NCBI GenBank assembly: GCA_964252035.1
Contig: OZ176201.1
Strand: one strand, 5' to 3'
Length of the DNA: 64,000 nt
Source of the DNA: Podarcis erhardii
Lineage: Eukaryota
The notes under the pieces are model-generated. The model had not been told where the DNA came from, did no database searches, and was given only the letters and a program-made list of their open reading frames with translations. Each line of letters opens with the position of its first letter. Within the stretch, counting starts at the first letter, position 1. Of the stretch, positions 58,469 through 64,000 are shown one piece after another. Position numbers and translations under genes: made by a program.

Positions 58469-59883
58469 TTGTACAGAAAATTTAGTAGGAAACTATGGCC
58501 TGTGCACAGATTGCAAATGAAGCACCATCACAGCCGCAAAAACTACCTAAAAGGCTTTCACACACACCCCAGCCTATTGTATTCCTTCCTTGGATGATGT
58601 GGCATCCAGCCAGGTGAGGTAGGAAAAGGCCAATTCTGTCCTCCTGGAAGCACCATCACTGAGTTGTCACTATGGCAACATGGCTCATTCTTTAAGATGC
58701 TGATGAATGGCCAGCTATGGTCATTATTTTACAAAGAGACAGGTTTACTTGTTTAGCAGATTATTCTGCTAGGTTTACAGGACTGGAAGGCTTCGCCAGA
58801 TATCCTCCAGCTCAACCCCCCAATACTATAGCATTATAAATCCACCATAAACACACTATTATTGCATCAAGGACATGTTGCAGAAAACTCCCGCAAGAAA
58901 ACACCAGCATGAAGCAGCCCGAAGACATCGTGAAGCATGCATACAACATGTTTCTAAGCGTGTACCATAGATGCACTAGATTTACTCCTGCATAATATGT
59001 CAAGTGGCTTTGGCACAATTGTTTCTGTGTTGGTTGAAAACTTCCTACCTTTTTCTGCAAGAAAATGCAAGAGCTGCATTCTTAGAACACAATCATGCTC
59101 TGTAACAAAGCAGCAATTGGCACTATTGTCTGTCGTCTGGTGAACAAGTAAACATTCAGATAAATGGCAAAGGCTATTTACATAGATCACATAGATGTGA
59201 CCAGGCTGTGACTCTGAGGAACACTCTCTATTAGGATAGCCACTGGGCCATAAATGCTTGGCCAGCTGTTTCTGTCATTTTAAGAAACAACAAGCCATGC
59301 AGACTCCATGCTTTATTTCAATCCAATAGCAGAAAGTAATGCTCACATACCTTTGTTCTTTTGTGTGAGCAGAGGCAGTATCTTCTAAGTCATGGCTGGG
59401 GAATCTGCAGCTCTCCAGATGTTGTTGGGCTCCAACTCGCCTCATCAGCCTCAGTCAACATGACTGATGGTCAGGTGTGGTCAGCTCCAGTCAGCAATAG
59501 AGTGCCCGTCCTTAAAGCCGCCCTCTTTCACCACTCCTAGATAGCTTGAAATGAACTCTTGTGCAAGCTTCGTTGACAGGCCCCTACTTGCTTGCACAAC
59601 TGGTTGCTTACACACACCTGCCTTAGCTGTAAGGAGTGTAGGAGGAGCACAGCAGGTTGGTATGACGAGTTCTGCAAATGAATGGTTGAAAAATTGAAAT
59701 ATTCCCCAGGGGTCACTGCAGAAGCACCCCGGACATAGTGACAAAGCACATGATGGGACTAGATGATGGAATTGTTAAGATCAGAGACAGGGGAGCTAAT
59801 GGGTCATCCTACCTCTGCTGGTAACTTCTTTCACTGAGAGTGTATTGACAGAAAAGGTGTGTGTACTGTTACCTCATGACTAT

Positions 59884-60075
59884 GGACCATAGCTCAGTGG
59901 CTGAGCACCTGCTTTGCATACAGAATGCCTCAGGTTCACTTCCTGTTTACTTCCTTCAGTTAAAAGGACCATGTAGCAAGTGATGGAAAGTAACCCTCTC
60001 TGCCTGAAACCCTGAAGAGGCTCTGCCAGTCAAAAGAAACAATACAGGCCTATCTGACCAGTAGTTTGATCAGTG
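59884..60075 (+). mobile_element. Squam3-like tRNA-derived SINE
   Basis: ggaccatagctcagtggctgagcacctgctttgcatacagaa...tgcctgaaaccctgaagag. Confidence 0.65.
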
Positions 60076-60094
60076 TTTCACATTTCGACAGCAC

Positions 60095-60395
60095 AAATTT
60101 GCAAAGCATTTGAGGGCAAAGTTGCTCACATTTGCTCTGACCTTGATGCTAGAAGTTGGACGGGGGGGGGGGGGGGCTACCCTAGAAAGTTAACAGGGAG
60201 CTAGGTCTGTTAGAGTGTTAATCCTGTGAGCCATTCCCTCCTGTGCTCAGGTTGTATATATGAGTAAATAAAACTGTATATGCTAAAGATATCACAGCCT
60301 CTGTTCACCTTTATTCCAAGAGAATCAAACCCTGGGAAAGTGCAGGAACCCCTGGAGTCTCTTGCTGCTCAGAGATTGGGGTGAATGCAATAATG
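60095..60395 (+). mobile_element. Probable solo-LTR remnant, unrelated to the chromovirus
   Basis: tatatatgagtaAATAAAactg followed by a U5-like ccctgggaaagtgcaggaacccctgg...gcaataa; left boundary unclear. Confidence 0.4.
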
Positions 60396-61248
60396 CTATA
60401 CCACCCACACACCATTCTGCTTTATTAGTTCTGAAATGCTTCACTAATGTTACTGCGTTTATTGCCAACTGAAGGGGTACTATAGTGCTGCAATACAACA
60501 AATGTAGGACAAAAGAACACAACCAAGGGTGGAACATTTGTTGCATGAAAAGGTACAGAAAATGTCATAGGAAACTGTGGCCCATGAACTGATTGTGAAT
60601 GAAGCATCGTAACAGCCTCAGGTAGAAATGGTATTGCAGGTGGAAATGGTATTGAAAGTGTGACTGTGTATAACTGACTTGATGGCACATGTTGAGCACA
60701 AAACATGAATGTTCAATGAAAGGACATACTGTAAGGTGGATACACACCTTAGCTGTACACCTAAAATTATAAAATGTGAAGTTACCCTGACAGCATCCTG
60801 GAAACAAAGCATCTCAATTATTATACCTATATTGAACTAGCGCAACCTTTGGCAATTTGACCTCTACCAGATGTTTTGTACGACAACTCCCATCAGCCCT
60901 AGACAACTTGACTTTATTAGGGTACTTAAGATGTTCTGTAACTTTATAGACTAAGAGGGTGCAAACAACTTGTATTTATTTAAGAACTATTCTTGAAACA
61001 AACCTCAAACTCATCTCCACATAAATGAAAGACAGTGTGAGCTGGAGACAGGCCCTTGTTGCATTTTTTTAGCAACAGCTGATGTTAGGTAAATTATACA
61101 TTTGAAAAGAAGTAACTCACCATGTGATCACGATAGCTGGCCAGTGATATTGTTATTCCTAGAGGAGATCTGGTCACAAAGCTGAATGAACATAGAAACA
61201 CACACACACACACAAACATTTTTAACCTTTTGGTAAGATGACTTAGAG

Positions 61249-61521
61249 CAGGGGTAGGCAACCTAAGGCCCATGGGCCACAAGCGGCCCATGGGGGTCGT
61301 TTAACCGGCCCCCGAACCGCCCCCGAACCAAACCGCTCATGAGGCAAGTCCCTGTGCACTGCACTAAACCAGCGCTTCTGAGGCGCTGGAAATCGCATCT
61401 GCACAGACGCAGATACTGGAAATCACGGGCACATGCGCTCACACGCACGCACAATCCAGCCCACAGAGGGATCTCTGCTGGAGTGAACTGGCCCAGGTGA
61501 GGTAAACCTTGCCAGACTCTG
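61249..61521. mobile_element. hAT non-autonomous element (caggggtaggcaacc family)
   Basis: TSD acttagag/atttagag; same left end as 21163. Confidence 0.8.
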
Positions 61522-62833
61522 ATTTAGAGCATCGTCTTACCATGCAGTCAGTTCTGGTGTTTCTTCAATACCATATGATAGTCTGTAATGTGTAATTGGA
61601 CGAACCAGCACATCTATGTGAGGGTGGAAATATTCCCGATGTGATATGTATAACAGCACTTTTCCCAGTCACCACAATGGTGGAAATCAATCAAACATGT
61701 GCCCACATTCCCACATGGAGGCTCTAGTTGAAATGATCCCAGCCAGGTCACAAGTCCAACAGGGTCCTTTGGGTTCCTCTGGACAATCACATCAGGGTCA
61801 TGTCATTGTATCCTTAGTGAGGAAAGTGCCCACAGTTTGCATCTAAAAATGGTCACATTTAGTACAGAATGCCATGTTTAACAAATCCTTAATATCCAAT
61901 AATAACTCTTTTCCTGACATATTAGCCTTCCATGGGCAGAGAGACTGCCACACACCAGCATCCTGGAATGGCAAAGTCTGAAAAGCATGCATATTTTTTC
62001 CTCCTCTCTTTTTTCTCAATGAGCAAATTAGCCTTCAAGGGATCTGGGTTAAAATTCCAATTTGGTCAGGGATGCAGCTGGTTATTAATGCTTCACCACT
62101 ATAATATCAAATGAAGCAGCACACCAGCCCATGGTAGCCTTTCTGTCCCTGACCCATAGGACTGAAAGCAAATTAACTCATGGGAAATATTAGACAATTT
62201 CATTTCTGCCATCAGCAAGAGTTGAAGTGCCTCCCAATGACATGCTAACACTGACCTTTGCAATGAGGTGGTACAATGCCTGCCTCTTGAATGGGAATTT
62301 CTACAGGCATACTCTGTGCGAAGTCGTTCAAGTGGCAGAATGCAACCACCCGTGGAATTCTTCCTTGTCGTTTTAATGAGACATGCAGCGATCCCGAGCT
62401 TTCAGGTACTGGGGTCTCTCAGGTCAATACTTCTTCCTAGAGAGTATGACCTTCTCAACAATACTGGCCTACAGGGAAGATCAGTACATCATTGCCAAAC
62501 TCTTGTGGGAAAGTGGCAAATCAAGATGTGACTTAAATAAATGAGTGCAGTATTTCATTACCGTCTTCCCAGGAGAAGAGTGATGAACTTCAGTCCGTAA
62601 AACAGAGTGACACAACTGATAACGTGTTGCCAAGTGGTGTGCTACTGTTGAAGATACCAACCACTCAGTTCCATTTCCTCCACTCTCTAGTTCTCCATTC
62701 TTCCCACCCCAACAGCCAAGACTGTCAGCATTCTGTAGTCAATGAGCACACGCAGTCCTCATCAGATTGCTTTGCTAAATAACCCAGCAGTCCCTGATTA
62801 CTGCAAACTTTACCAATACACATCCCTCTAAAG

Positions 62834-63081
62834 CAGTGTTTCCCAAACTTGGGTCTCCATCTGTATTCAAACTACAATTCCCATCATTCCTGACCACTGG
62901 TTTTGCCAGCTATGGATGATGGGAGTTGTAGTCCAAAAAACAGCTGGAGACTCAAGTTTGAAGAACACTGCTCTAAAGCAAGTCTGGAGAATGTATGGCC
63001 TTCAATCTCCTATCAACCACACCCAGCATGGCCAATGGTCTGGGATGATGGGTGCTATAGTCCAATGGCACCCCTACCCTG
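62834..63081. mobile_element. Two hAT MITEs in tandem (62834-62970 and 62979-63081)
   Basis: ctctaaag-MITE-ctctaaag-MITE-ctctaagg. Confidence 0.8.
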
Positions 63082-64000
63082 CTCTAAGGACAACTTCAAA
63101 CAAGTTTGTTCTTGCCATTTTCAGCAATTGTACCCAAGATACATATCTTGTGAAATCATATATTAGTGGGAGTATGTTTGCGCGAACACACACAAACACA
63201 CACATGATGGCTTTAAAAGAGAGAAGTAGACAAATTCATGAAGGATAAGGTTGTCAATGCCTACTAGCTACAATGGTTATGTTTTACCTCGACTGTTGGA
63301 ACTGAGGCTGCCACAGAAAAGCTCTCTCTTGGGCTGCCATTCCCCCCACACCTGAGGCTCTACAATATTAAGGTCCACACTGTGGGGGTGTGCATAGGCT
63401 GTGCTAGCAGCCCCATGGCCATAATGTGTTATAAAGTTGTTTGCTTTCGGGGTTGTTGTTGTTTTTTTAAAAAGTTAGATATAGTTACTGTATAAGTAAT
63501 GTGGACTCTTAACAATGCATTGGTAATTTAGACTCTGAAAACTACTCCAAATATTTTAGCAATTAATGCATCATTAATTGGGTATATGGTTAGTTATCTT
63601 GATGCCATTTGTTTTTACTGTTGTTACCTGCCTTGGGCACTGTGTGGAAAAACAGAATGGAATGCTAAAGCATAAATGAAAGAGGCCACAGAAAGGACAC
63701 CCGTGCTATAACTGCTGTGCTATCCAGACCAGAGCTGAATATATATTTCAGATTTATCGTCTGCATCGAGGGAGGGCAGTTTGTAGTCTTAAGGTACCAG
63801 CAATAAGCTCAGCAATTTCACAGTCAGCCTTTTTCTCACACCCACATTTACATATTGTTTATCTCACATTTAAAGCAGCAAGCAGAGTCAGGCTGGGTTG
63901 CCATCTCTTAACAAGTCCTTAAAGATCCATAATTATTATGTCCTTCAGTTTGACTTTCCCAGAGTAGAATTTAACCCCTATTTATCATTGAGATGGTGGG

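Noticed and set aside
58812-59060. Hydrophobic 82-aa ORF and a possible 6-nt microexon (ttgcag AAAAAG gtagga, - strand)
   Set aside because: No recognisable family and no partner exons; T-rich DNA often gives hydrophobic translations.
61618-61803. WAP-like Cys pattern on - strand (PPCGNVGTCLIDFHHCGDWEKCC)
   Set aside because: Only five Cys, wrong spacing, no in-frame splice sites and flanked by stops; chance cannot be excluded.
62578-62620. C/D-box snoRNA (TGATGA...CTGA)
   Set aside because: Boxes are under 40 nt apart, with no terminal stem and no host intron.

Overview
Vertebrate (squamate) genomic DNA. The repeat families point to a lacertid lizard, which is inference. One host gene is present: SFXN1 (sideroflexin-1, + strand). 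It has a CpG-island promoter and non-coding exon 1 (~23.2-23.4 kb), then 10 coding exons (28384-46055) that join into an uninterrupted 969-nt, 322-aa ORF, and a probable long 3' UTR ending near 49.3-50.0 kb. About 3.5 kb upstream, on the - strand, is a full-length, very young Ty3/Gypsy chromovirus of the Tf1/sushi (PEG10-like) type: 13259-19797, two 788-bp LTRs with no difference seen by eye, 5-bp TSD TATAT. This element is the most unusual part of the window. (1) It has no tRNA PBS; instead an 11-nt PBS is complementary to the predicted 5' end of its own transcript (self-priming). (2) It has a G-GGA-AAC frameshift site followed by a stem. (3) Its chromodomain lacks the aromatic cage. (4) An acidic/basic ORF runs through the PPT and the whole U3, across the LTR's own TATA box, and would fuse to Pol if a G10 run were one base shorter. 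The rest is a dense repeat landscape: L1-like, CR1, L2 and BovB LINE pieces, tRNA-headed SINEs, hAT and Tc1/mariner-type MITEs (nested or stacked), Penelope-like fragments carrying hammerhead-ribozyme motifs, and microsatellites. No rRNA, true tRNA or CRISPR array is supported. All family names were assigned by eye, without database searches.
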